Of a stretch of 64,000 bases of DNA, positions 9,520 to 20,000 are shown one piece after another (position 1 is the first letter of the stretch; each line of letters opens with the position of its first letter). The notes under the pieces are model-generated. The model ran no database searches and was not told the origin of the DNA. It saw only the letters and a program-made list of their open reading frames with translations. Made by a program: the position numbers and the translations under genes. The stretch comes from Candidatus Eiseniibacteriota bacterium. GTDB lineage: Bacteria; Eisenbacteria; RBG-16-71-46. The DNA lies in NCBI GenBank assembly GCA_963744995.1, contig CAVUWA010000002.1, positions 928,001 to 992,000 of the forward strand. The letters run 5' to 3'.

Positions 9520-10776
9520 GTGAAGGCAGGAGCGTCACCGGAATCCCCGCCCCTGCCGCGCTGGTGGTGGGAACCGCACCGTCCTCCGCGTCCGCACAGT
9601 GGACGCAGGTCGACGAAGTGCAGACCACCGACATCTTCTCCGTGTGGACCTGATGGGACACCATCGCGGCCGGGTCTGACGACACCGTGTTCGTGAGCGT
9701 CGATGCCGGCGCCACCTGGATCACCAGTGCGAGCTGCGACGGGCGCGACGAGTGTCGAGGCCGTGAGGGTGCACAAGGGCTTCCTCTATGCCGGCACCCT
9801 CGGCCAGGGCGTGTTCGTCAGCAGCGACCTGGGAGCGAGCTGGCAAAGCTTCAACCAGGGACTCGTCGGGGGCTTCGCCGACTCGCAACTCTTCATCATG
9901 GACCTTCTGCTGCGCGGCGACACCTCTATGCGGCGACCGAAGGGGCGGACCTGGATTCGGAATCTCGCGACGGCTGGAGCATGGTCGCACTATGGCAACG
10001 TGATCGAGCTGGATCAGGCCGGGAACATGGAATCGATCGCGGGATCTCCCACGAGATTGCTGGCCTGCGCCGGCTTCGACGGGGATGTCTTCTTTCGAGA
10101 TCCCGAAGATGCAGACTGGACGGAGTCGTTACTCTTCAACGATCGGCTGGCTCCCAGTCTCGCGCCGCTCTCCGCCGTGTGGACCGGGCACTCCTGGCTC
10201 GTGGGTTCGAACATCGGCGTCTTCCACAGCGAAATGGGGCAGTCGCCGTGGACCTATTTCGACTTCGGGCTGCACCCGACCCTGTTCGCCCCCTTCGCGC
10301 TTCATGAGGGCATCGTCTTCACGCATTTCGCCAACGGTGCCGGCACCGGTATCGAGTACAGCGCCGACGACGGCGACACCTGGCAGGTGCTCGACTCCAG
10401 CCCTCGATCTTCACGTACAACATCGCGGTGATCGGCGGCACACTGTATGCCGGGCGAGTCGATGGGCTGTGGCGCCGATCGATCGAGACCGTTTCCGTCC
10501 CCTGCGACTGCACCGCCGCGCCTGCACTTCGCGATGGTCGTGAATCCCGTTCACGACGAGGCACGCTTCCGATTCGAGTTGCCGGAGGCGGCACGCGTTC
10601 ACATCGAGCTCTTCGACGCCGCCGGCCGCCGTGTGGCGGGTGACATCGATGAAGCGCTGCCTGCGGGTGTGCAGGAGGTGCCGTTGGAGGCGCGCAGCCT
10701 GGCGCCGGGGGTCTACCTGGCTCGTCTCCGCGCCGCTGGCCGATCGGAGTCGGTCCGGCTCGTCAGGATCCGATGA
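9520..10776 (+). CDS. Secreted BNR/Asp-box beta-propeller protein with C-terminal FlgD-Ig/T9SS-like domain (frameshifted; start uncertain)
   Basis: SxDxGxTW boxes (SVDAGATW, SSDLGASW, SADDGDTW); tail LFDAAGRRV...GVYLARL; paralog of 13817-15077. Confidence 0.7.
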
Positions 10777-10795
10777 GGCCGCACCGGTGCCGTGA

Positions 10796-10832
10796 CCGAA
10801 TGGCCGTGGCCCTCGAGGCACCGGCCATTCGG
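10796..10832. terminator. GC-rich hairpin between convergent genes
   Basis: 11-bp stem ccgaatggccg / cggccattcgg; no U-tract. Confidence 0.4.
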
Positions 10833-10873
10833 GCTCGAGTGTCTGCGGGCCGGTGAGCGCACCCAGGGCGCGC

Positions 10874-11677
10874 CTAGCCGCGGCCGGGCGTCGCCCCGGA
10901 GGACGGCGTCGGCGACGGGCGCATCAGCATGCGGGCGAATGCCGTGAGCTCATCGGCGTTCAGATCCGACACGATCCAGTACGCCATGCCGGCGTGCGCC
11001 CCCATGATGACGTGATAACCCTGCTCGGTGGTCACTGGCTTCGGTGCGCGGTCCCCGGCCCCGCTGACCGGCCACTGGAACACGTTGATGACGTGTTTGC
11101 GCCGCATGTAGACGAGCGCAGCCACCGGACGGCCGTGCAGATAGTCCAGACGCCCGCCGGTGAGCGGGTAGCCGGCGGTGGCCAGGTCGAGAACCGCCGG
11201 TGAGAAATCGAGCCGGCCGTTGAACCAGGGCTTCACCGTGTGCTGGTCGGTCGAGGCCACGTCCATCAGGTGGTCGGCCATGAGCGAGCGCACGTGGGCG
11301 TCCACGGCCTGAGCCGCCAGCCGGGTCTGCGCGTCGCGCATGCGCCACGTATGGACGGCCCCGAACGCGGCGACCACCACGGCGACGCTGGCGGCCACCG
11401 ACGCCCACCGCAGGACCGGGATGCGGCGCCGCGGGGGGCGAGCGATCGGTGCCGCGCTGCCCTCGATCGCATGGCGGACGCGTTCCCGCAGCAGGTCCGG
11501 CGCGCGGTGGTATTCCACTTCGGCGCGAATGCTCGCGCCGAGCGCGCGCAACTGCTCCACCTCCCGGGCGCAGTTGGCGCACGTTTCGAGGTGGCGCTCC
11601 ACCTCGGCACTCGCCGCGGCGTCGAGTTCGCCGTCCACGTAGAGCGGCAGACGATCACGCGCTTCCGCACAGGTCAT
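10874..11677 (-). CDS. Transmembrane ZAS anti-sigma factor (PrtR/RsiW-like)
   Basis: MTCAEAR...YVDGEL...HLETCANC; one TM segment; periplasmic DQHTVKPWFNGRLDFSP and GGRLDYL..RPVAALVY; GGAGG RBS. Confidence 0.9.
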   Translation of the reverse strand: MTCAEARDRLPLYVDGELDAAASAEVERHLETCANCAREVEQLRALGASIRAEVEYHRAPDLLRERVRHAIEGSAAPIARPPRRRIPVLRWASVAASVAVVVAAFGAVHTWRMRDAQTRLAAQAVDAHVRSLMADHLMDVASTDQHTVKPWFNGRLDFSPAVLDLATAGYPLTGGRLDYLHGRPVAALVYMRRKHVINVFQWPVSGAGDRAPKPVTTEQGYHVIMGAHAGMAYWIVSDLNADELTAFARMLMRPSPTPSSGATPGRG

Positions 11678-11702
11678 GGTCCTGCACCTCCCGCCCGGCC
11701 CT

Positions 11703-12278
11703 TCATGACGCCGGCGCCTCCCGGTCGCCCAGCGCACGTGCCAACCGCTCCCGCCCGCGTGCCAGCCGCGACATCACGGTGCCGATCGGCGCCGCGGTCA
11801 CTTCGGCGATCTCCTTGTAGGAGAGCCCCTCCAGCTCCCGCAACACCAGAGTCTCGCGATACTCGACGGGAAGCTGCGCCAACGCATCGCGAACCGAACT
11901 CGCGGCCTCGACGCGTGCGACGTCGTCCTCGGGCGCGCGGCGGGGAGCATCCGCTGCCGTACCGTGAACCTGTTCGTCGAACTCGACGTATTCGCCGCGC
12001 GTGCGCCGGCGCCGCAGCAGGCTCATACACCCGTTGCGCACGATGGCGAGCAGCCATGCACGCCCGTCTCCGCCGCGAAACCCGCCGAAGTGTCGGAACG
12101 CGCGAAGCATGGATTCCTGCACGGCGTCCTGTGCCTCGTGTGCATCGCGCAGCAGATGCCGCGCGAGATTGTACGCGGCATCCATGTGGGGGAGGACCGC
12201 TTCCTCGAATCGCGCGCGATCCGCGGCGGAGACCTCCGCCCCCGGGCCGGTCTGATTCCGGGGCTTGCCGTCCGTCAC
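11703..12278 (-). CDS. ECF sigma factor
   Basis: FEEAVLPHMDAAYNLAR, RAWLLAIVRN, LSYKEIAEV..PIGTVMSRLARGR. Confidence 0.92.
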   Translation of the reverse strand: MTDGKPRNQTGPGAEVSAADRARFEEAVLPHMDAAYNLARHLLRDAHEAQDAVQESMLRAFRHFGGFRGGDGRAWLLAIVRNGCMSLLRRRRTRGEYVEFDEQVHGTAADAPRRAPEDDVARVEAASSVRDALAQLPVEYRETLVLRELEGLSYKEIAEVTAAPIGTVMSRLARGRERLARALGDREAPAS

Positions 12279-12299
12279 GACGACCGCTCTTCCATGGAG

Positions 12300-12376
12300 G
12301 ACGCACGAGGCCGCGGCGTTATTCCCGGATGGGACCGAAATTCCCGGCGGGGAATAACTGGATCCACGCGAGAGTC
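12300..12376. promoter_or_regulatory. Back-to-back ECF promoters GGGAATAAC-N14-(C/A)GTC
   Basis: Minus: -35 at 12318-12326, CGTC at 12300-12303. Plus: -35 at 12350-12358, AGTC at 12373-12376. Same 9-mer and same spacing. Confidence 0.7.
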
Positions 12377-12419
12377 GAACGGGATGGTCGCAGCATTCAC
12401 TCTCAACACGGAGGCAGCC

Positions 12420-13634
12420 ATGACTCGTGTCACACCCAGACGTTCAGTCAAACGCAGCAGTCGCATCGTGACTCTGCTTTCGATCGCTCTGGCGATCGAC
12501 GTGGCGGGCGCGCATGCCCGTTCGATGGATGGACCGCCCGCGCCCGCAGCCGCCACGGTCGAGGTGCGGCTCTCCGAATGGAAGGTGGAACTGGAGCCGG
12601 CCGACGTGCCCGCCGGACGCGTCGTCTTCCACGTGACCAACGCGGGCAAGGTGCCGCACGCGTTCGAAGTGGAAGGCCGCGGGCTCGAGAAGCAGACCGC
12701 CGAGATCCAGCCCGGTAAGGCGGCCTCGCTCGCCGTCGACTTTCCCAGGGCCGCGTCCGGGAAGGCCGTATCCTACGAGGTGTATTGCCCGGTGGGCAAG
12801 GGTTCGCACGAGATGCTCGGTATGAAGAACCGCATCACGGTGGGTGGGGAAAGCGGCACGGAGACGTCCGAGGAGGAGGATGAGGAATACCGCACCGACG
12901 CGAACGAGAGCCGGATGGTGCAAGTCACCGGCGGCGGTTCGGTCGTGCAGATCCTGCCCGGTCCGTACCCCTTCGCCGACAGCGCCAGGGCGGTGATCGA
13001 CACGCGCCCGGACAAGCAACGTGCGGATCTGCTCAAGAAAGCGAAGCTCGGCCCGTACTCGAACCAGATCGCCACGATTCGAGGTGACATCTCGGTGCTG
13101 GCGATCGACCGCGGCGCCTCCGGCGATTCGGTCTCGGGCACGGCCCGGTTCACGACCCGCGACGGCGCCCGCTGGCGCGTGGTCATGGATCGCGTGCAGA
13201 CGAGGGACATTCCGTTCAATCCGCGCTTCGGCGGGGTGATCATGGGCCTCTACTACCACGGGGCCACCAACGTCCATACGCCGCTCGTGCCCACGATCCA
13301 GAGCTCGCTGGCGTTGTGGGCGTTCGCGCACCTGTACCGGAACGACCGTCTGGTGAGCGACGATGCGATGGTGCACATCATGCTGCTGTCGCGCACCCGG
13401 CGGCCCGGAGACTGGGCGCTCGACTGTTGGGACTGTTCCGACCGTCCGGTCGAAGAACTCCAGCTCCAGGTCACGCCTGGACCGGGGGGAGCGGCGTTCG
13501 ATGCGCCCGGCGGCGTTCTGTTCGTGAACTGGGAAAAGTCCGGCGAGGTGCAGGGCGATGGCCCGCACGGAGCCATGGGCGCGCGCCGGGAGCCCGGGGC
13601 GCAGGAACAGACCACCGGGCGGAGCACCTGGTGA
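12420..13634 (+). CDS. Exported cupredoxin-domain protein with an uncharacterised C-terminal domain
   Basis: GGAGG RBS; signal peptide ending AHA; TNAGKVPHAF...YEVYCPVGKGSHEMLGM (type-1 Cu ligands H, C, H, M); acidic linker. Confidence 0.8.
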   Translation: MTRVTPRRSVKRSSRIVTLLSIALAIDVAGAHARSMDGPPAPAAATVEVRLSEWKVELEPADVPAGRVVFHVTNAGKVPHAFEVEGRGLEKQTAEIQPGKAASLAVDFPRAASGKAVSYEVYCPVGKGSHEMLGMKNRITVGGESGTETSEEEDEEYRTDANESRMVQVTGGGSVVQILPGPYPFADSARAVIDTRPDKQRADLLKKAKLGPYSNQIATIRGDISVLAIDRGASGDSVSGTARFTTRDGARWRVVMDRVQTRDIPFNPRFGGVIMGLYYHGATNVHTPLVPTIQSSLALWAFAHLYRNDRLVSDDAMVHIMLLSRTRRPGDWALDCWDCSDRPVEELQLQVTPGPGGAAFDAPGGVLFVNWEKSGEVQGDGPHGAMGARREPGAQEQTTGRSTW

Positions 13635-13816
13635 TCCGCAGCGGCTGTGTTTCCGGCGACGGTGACCTGCGAGTCTTCATGGGGCACCGGACGGCTCACG
13701 AAAATCGCCGGCCGGGCGACGGGCACCGCCCGTCGCCCGGGCCGGCACTTCTTGAGACCACACGCGCCCGGTTCGCGGCACTCGCGCCGCACGCGACCGC
13801 GCGCTGGAGACTTCAC

Positions 13817-15077
13817 ATGAATAGCGTCATTCTATCGGGCGCCGTCGCACTTGGCCTGCTCGTGGCGGCGCGGCCGGCCTCGGCGCAGTGGAGTCCGGTT
13901 CCCGGGGTGCCGGCCACCGTCGTCTACTCGGTGAAGGCAAACGGGGACACCATTGCCGCCGGATCGGACGTACTGCGTGTTCGTCAGCACCGACGGCGGC
14001 GCTACCTGGAAACAGTCGGCGCCGGTGGCCCCGGCCGTGACCCAGATTAGATCCGTGCTGGTACACGACGGACGCCTCTACGCCGGCACGTACGGACAGG
14101 GTGTCTTCGTCAGCGACGACCTGGGCGACACGTGGACCGCGTTCAACCAGGGGCTGGTCGGCGGAATCCTCGACTCGCAGTTGTTCATCTCGGACTTCCT
14201 GGTGGACGGCGACCGCCTGTATGCGGCGACCTTCGGCGCAGGCGTCTGGATCCGCAGCCTGGCACCGTCGGGAACGTGGGCGCACTTCGGCGAGGTGTTC
14301 GAGCCCAACGCGGCCTCCACGGTGGCGGCGGTCGCCGTCGGCGGGACGCGTCTGCTGGCGCCGGCCGGCGCCAACGGCATGATGTTCCATCGTGACCCCG
14401 GGGACGCCGACTGGACGCTCTCCTTCCTGAACAACACGGGATGGGACGCGGGCGTCATGCCGCTGAAGGCCGTATGGACGGGCCACGAGTGGGTGGTGAG
14501 CGCGAATACGGGCGTCTACCGCAGTGCGACGGGGGCGTCGCCCTGGAGCTTCACCGACACCGGTCTGGCCCCGCTGCTGGCCGCCCCGCTCGCGCAACAG
14601 GGACCGATCGTGTTCGCCACCTTCGTGGGGATCGGCGGATCGACGCTCGAGTTCAGCGGCGACGAGGGGGCCACATGGAACGTGCTGGATGTGCAGCCCG
14701 GTGTGATCACGCTCGACATGGCGCTGGGGGGCGGCACGCTCTACGCCGCGCGCGGCGACGGACTCTGGCGCAGGTCGATCGAGACCCTGTCCGTGCCGGG
14801 AGGCTCCGGGGCCGAACGCCTGCGCTTCGAGATCGCAGGACCGCAGCCGGTCCGGAACGACGTCGTCTTCCGCTTCGAGTTGCCGCAGGGCGGCCCGGCG
14901 GTGATCGAAGTCTTCGACGCCGCCGGGCGGCGCGTGTCCGCCCGGCTCGAGGGCGGGGGAGCGGCCGGACCGCACGAGGTGGCATGGAGCGCGCGGGGGC
15001 TGTCGCCGGGAGTGTATCTGGCACGCCTGAGCGCGGGCCCGCGCCACGCCGTGGCGCGGCTGGTGCACGTGCGCTGA
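13817..15077 (+). CDS. Secreted BNR/Asp-box beta-propeller protein with C-terminal FlgD-Ig/T9SS-like domain (one frameshift near 13975)
   Basis: Signal peptide MNSVILS...ASA; STDGGATW, SDDLGDTW, SGDEGATW; tail VFDAAGRRV...GVYLARL. Confidence 0.8.
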
Positions 15078-15224
15078 ACGGGCTTGCCCTGGCCCGGCCG
15101 ACTCAGGAGCTTCCGGGCGAAGTCCGTTGGAGCGAGGCGTCACGCGCGATGGGGTCGGGGTCGGGACTCCGAATCTGGAGCGCGGCCGGCCGCCTGAACG
15201 CCGGGCGCACGCGACGATCGGCGG

Positions 15225-16838
15225 TCATTTCATCATCAGGACCTTGCGCGTCGGAGCCCCGGCGGTTGTCGCGAGCCGCAGGAAATAGACTCCCGGCGGG
15301 GCCGGTTCCCCGGTGTCCGATCGCCCGTCCCACGCGACGGATCGCGTGACGCCGGCCCTGGCGACCCCGTCGAAGAGCGTGGCGGTCCGCCTGCCCGCCG
15401 CGTCGAATACGGCCAGAACCACCGGTCCGTCCGTATCCGCCGAGAAGGTGACGGTCACGGCGGGTTCGAACGGATTGGGATGGGCATCGATGTGCGCGCC
15501 CCCGGCGCGGGGGATGTCGTCCACGCCGCTCGTCGGCTCGGGGATCAGCAGGTACGCCGACGTGTGCGTCGTGTCGGAATCGGCGACGGCAAGCGCGGAC
15601 ACCGCTTCGTTGGGTATCGCGTTGAGCGCGACGTGACCGCGGATGTCCATCGCCGACGCCTCATACGGAGCGGCCGCCGCCTGCGAGATGCCGGCCGCCT
15701 CCACCGTCCAGTTCCCTCCCGACTCCCTCCAGATGACCGGTTGCCTGGCCGATTCGTCGTACGGGGGACCGTTCGCCGACCATCCCACCAGGACCATCGA
15801 CTCGCTGCCCTGGCCGCTCAGAATGTCGTCCTGGTCGTAACCGATGAGCCCGTCGAGCACCGCACCGCCGTTGTCTCCGGGAAGCACGCCCAGGTCCTCG
15901 ACCGACCATGCAACGCCGTTGTACGTCCACAGCACCGGACGCGGATCGCCCAGGGCATTCGTGCAAACCCCCGCACCGAGCAGGTTGCCGGTGGTGCTGT
16001 CCACTCCGGCGACGCGCCCTTCTCCCGAGCTCCCGCCCGCGAGCAGCGGCAGGACATCCGTCGTCCAACCGTTGCCGTCGTTCTTCCATACGGCGGGGAG
16101 CGTCTGTCCGCCCGCACTCCTGCCCGCGCCGATTCCGAGGTAAGTGAAGTCGGCGATGCCGGCGCGCCCGCCGATCGCCCAGGACGGCCGGTCGGGAGGC
16201 AGGAAGTCGTCTTCGTCCATGGTGCCGGTGGTGAAACCGTTTCCCATATCCACCCACGCGGTGGCCTTGCGCACGCCGATTGCATTCTCCGACCACCCGA
16301 CCACGAGCGTCCGCAGGCCGAGGCCAACGGTGTTCACGTCGGCGTCGTTCGCTTCCCCCTGCATGCCGGGAAGGTGGCCGAGGACGACGGGCTGCCACGG
16401 CGGCGTCGTGCCCGGCGGCCAGGATGCGGGCGAGCGCCACAGCATCGGTTCGGCGTTCTTCGACGAATCCACCGCGGCGCCGACCGCAATCGTCACCCCG
16501 GACGGCTGGCGCTCGACGTCATTGGCCCAGCTGTCCTGCGCGGGCGCGAGGCCGGGAAGGATGCTCTCCAGCCACATCGCCGGTTCCTCGCGCTGCCAGT
16601 ACGCCGCTTTCGCGACGGTATCCCCGGAGACCCGCCTCCACCCGACGGCCTGCACCGGGGCCGACCCGACGTCGGCGAGCCCGCGTACGCGGCGCGCGGC
16701 GGCCGCACCGAGCGGCGGGCTGATCAACTCGGAGGTGTAGGGCCCGGACGACGCCATCGCGACGGGCGACACGGAAAGCGCCACGACGATGAACGCGAAG
16801 CCGGTGCGGAGCAACGGGGGTTTCACGCAGCGTGACAT
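15225..16838 (-). CDS. Secreted Trp-repeat (HAF-like extracellular repeat) protein with C-terminal FlgD-Ig/T9SS-like domain
   Basis: Signal peptide; recurring P(V/M/A)xW...W...L units; HPNPF...VFDAAGRRTATL...WDGRSDTG...GVYFLRL. Confidence 0.75.
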   Translation of the reverse strand: MSRCVKPPLLRTGFAFIVVALSVSPVAMASSGPYTSELISPPLGAAAARRVRGLADVGSAPVQAVGWRRVSGDTVAKAAYWQREEPAMWLESILPGLAPAQDSWANDVERQPSGVTIAVGAAVDSSKNAEPMLWRSPASWPPGTTPPWQPVVLGHLPGMQGEANDADVNTVGLGLRTLVVGWSENAIGVRKATAWVDMGNGFTTGTMDEDDFLPPDRPSWAIGGRAGIADFTYLGIGAGRSAGGQTLPAVWKNDGNGWTTDVLPLLAGGSSGEGRVAGVDSTTGNLLGAGVCTNALGDPRPVLWTYNGVAWSVEDLGVLPGDNGGAVLDGLIGYDQDDILSGQGSESMVLVGWSANGPPYDESARQPVIWRESGGNWTVEAAGISQAAAAPYEASAMDIRGHVALNAIPNEAVSALAVADSDTTHTSAYLLIPEPTSGVDDIPRAGGAHIDAHPNPFEPAVTVTFSADTDGPVVLAVFDAAGRRTATLFDGVARAGVTRSVAWDGRSDTGEPAPPGVYFLRLATTAGAPTRKVLMMK

Positions 16839-17049
16839 GGTCGATCTCCTTCTCTGCGCGGCGGCCTGCGGGGCGGGGTGCCCGGAGGAGGATCGTGAAC
16901 GAAAATCCTACGCCCGGAGGGCGGGCCACGCCAGTTTGAACTCTCGCCGCGCCGCCACGGCGGTGGGGAGGAAATGCGCGCCAGGCCGGGAGAAGCCCGC
17001 GAGCGACTGGGCCCTCAGCGGCAGATCGAGGTGCACATGACGCTGCGGC

Positions 17050-20000
17050 TCACTCGCGCTCCGGAATCAGGTCGAAATCCCCGGCCAGGACGCGATCGAT
17101 GCGCCCGGTGCGCCAGCCGCGAGCCGAATCGCGCACCAGTGGCGCCGCGCCTTCGCGGTAGCGGCGCGCGACCTGCGTCGTCGGGGGCGCTCCGGCGGCG
17201 AGCGCCTCGGCCGCCTGCCGCAGCAGGCCCGCCGTGCCGTCACGGGCGGGGGTGGGCGGCTGCAGCGCCACGCGCACGCGCGCGGTGACGCGTGCCGTCC
17301 GCCCGCCCGGCTCGGTCCACTCGAGCACGTGCAGCCCTTCCTCCGCCTGCAGCAGCGTGTAGGCCGCGAACCCGGCCATGGCGAGCAGATGACGCCCTCC
17401 GGCGTCGCGGTCGACCTTCGGCGTCTCGAGCGCCGCCAGCCGCATGCCCCGCTCCCGCGCCCAGCCCGTGTACATCTGGACGAGCCGCTGCGCGAACTTC
17501 CGCGCGGCGCCCGCCGTCAGATGATCGTCGAGCTGCGGTTCGACCGCCAGGAACGCGTCGCGCGGTCCGGTCTCGAGCGCCTCATCCGCAGCTGCGCCCA
17601 GCAGGTAAAGCCGCTGTGCGATCCGGCGCACGACGTCGCGCGGGTAGCTCTGACGCGGCGCAGCCGGGTTTCCACTGATGCGATCCAGCAGGGACTTCGC
17701 GTTGCCCAGTCCGCGCTCGATGCGGTCCAGGTACTCCGTGCGCCCGAGCTTCTCGAAGCGATCCTCGCGAGCCCAGAATCCGGGCTCGGCGGACTCGAGC
17801 AGCAGCCGTTCCTTCGCCGAGCGCCAGGTCCCGCTCGCGACTCGCGCCTCGAGCATCTCGAGGGCGCCGCGGAGTCTTTCCACCTCCTCCGGTGTTCCGC
17901 GTGCCTCGAACGCGATCGAGCCGACTTCGCCCGCGCCGAGTGTTCCCGAGGCGCCGTCCACCGGCGCGACCGCCGGCGCATCGGGATCCACGAACTCGAC
18001 CGCAAGCCCGTCGCCATCCGCGCGCACGAACAGGAACTGGTCGCCCTCCGGGGCGCGGCGATCCACGATCGCGGCCGCGAGCGGGGTGAGGAGCAGCTGT
18101 TCCACGGCGCGCTTGAGCGGCCGCGCACCGAGCGAGGTCGAAAACCCGCGGTCGATCAGCAGCTCGATCGCGCTCTCCTCGAGCTCCACCGCCCATTCGC
18201 GGCGCCGCAGGCCGCGACGTGCGAATGCGTCCGACAGCTCCTTGCGCAGGATCGAGCGCATCACGTCGCGCGTGAGAGCGCGGAATACGATGACCTGGTC
18301 GAGCCGATTGCGCAGTTCCGGCCGGAACGCACGCTCGACCGCACGCATGATCGTGCCGGGGCCGAGCCCGTCGCTTTCGCCCACCAGCCCGACACGGACC
18401 TCGCCCGCCGACACGGTGCCGACGTTCGACGTCAGGATGATGATCGCCTGCCGGAAGTCGGTGGTCTCGCCGCGCGAATCGGTGAGCCGGCCGTCGTCGA
18501 ACACCTGCAGGAACAGATCCCACACGCGCGGGTGCGCCTTTTCGAACTCGTCGAGCAGCACCACGCAGAAGGGCTGGCGCCGCACGCGTTCGGCGAGCGA
18601 ATGGCCGCCGACGTCGAGCGCCGCACCGGTGCCCATCACCCGTTCGAGCGCGCCGGTGTCCTGCAGCTCGCTCATGTCGAGTCGCACAAGGCGTTCCGGG
18701 GAGCCGAACAGGTAGTCGGCGAGCGTCTTCGCGAGCTCGGTCTTGCCGGTGCCGCTCGGGCCCGCGAACAGGAACACGCCCGTGGGCCGCGTCGGATCGG
18801 TGACCCCTGCCTTGAGCAGCGCGAGCCGCTCGACCAGCCGGCTCACGGCTTCGGGCTGCCCGATGACGCGCGAGCCGAAGCGCGCGCGCACGCTCTCGAG
18901 GTCGAGCGTGCGACGCTCGTCGAGCAGGTCAAAGGGAAGGCCCGTCAGACGGGCCAGCGCCGAGACCAGGTCGTCCATCGTGAGCGATGGCGTGCCGCCG
19001 CCGGCAACGCGCAGCACGGCGTCCTCGAGAGCGCCTTCGAGCAGGCGGAGCACGCCACCGGGCGGCGCATGGGCGGACAGGTACTGCCGCGCGAGGGCCG
19101 CCGCCTCGCCGGACAACGCCGCCGGTACTTCGATCTTGCGTGCCTCCGCGGCGCGCACGGCCCATGCGTCGAGCAGACCGGTGATCTCGGCATCGGGCAC
19201 CGGCGCCAGGCGCACGACGTCGAACATTCGCCCGACCTCCTGCCGTTCCGACAGCACCCGCTCCAGCGCCTGCGGCCGCATCTCGCCCACGACCAGGAGC
19301 TGTCCGGCCTCGATCGCGGGCAGGATCATCTCGAGCAGCCCGATCGGGCTCTGCGAGTGGCGGCCGCTCCAGAGCAGATGGTGGAAGTCCGGCACGATCC
19401 ACAGGGTGCGTGGACGGGCAAGGCCACGCCGCAGCACGCGGACACGCTCTTCGAGCGCCCCGGTGAAGCTCATGCCCGCGTTGATCTGTGTGGCGCTGGC
19501 TTCGAAGATCGTCCAATCCTCCGCCGATAACCGGGCCGCCAGCCGCCGCACGAGCGCGGACTTGCCGACGCCGGGCTCACCGACGATCAGCACCGGGCGC
19601 GGCGGCTCCGCGACCAGCGAAGCGTGCGCCCGCTCGAGCGCGACATCCGCCGAGGGCGTCGGCAGCGCGTGCGACTCGCGCAGAGTCCCTGGCGCGCTCA
19701 GGCGTCCGATCTCGGCGAGCGGTGTGCGGGCGGCCAGCATCGGCGGCAGACTGGCATCGGACGCCAGCGCCTCTGCGCCGCCTGTTTCGCCGGTCCCCGC
19801 CGCGTCGTCGCCATGGCCGAGGAGCGTGAGCCATGGCCTGGCCACCGCCGGGTCCATGAGTCGACGCAGCACGCTCAGCAGATCGGTGTCGTCGAAACCG
19901 GCCGGAATCTGGACACCGTCGAAGGTCGGCGCGGCGGTCGCGGCGCGGCGTCGGAGGAACGCCTCCAGCGTGCCCGACATCTCGTCGCGAGCCCAACTGT

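Noticed and set aside
2088..14000. Many frameshifted genes suggesting mass pseudogenisation or programmed frameshifting
   Set aside because: Scattered single-base indels, often in short homopolymers, with otherwise intact motifs are better explained by low-coverage sequencing error. No slippery-site pattern was seen.
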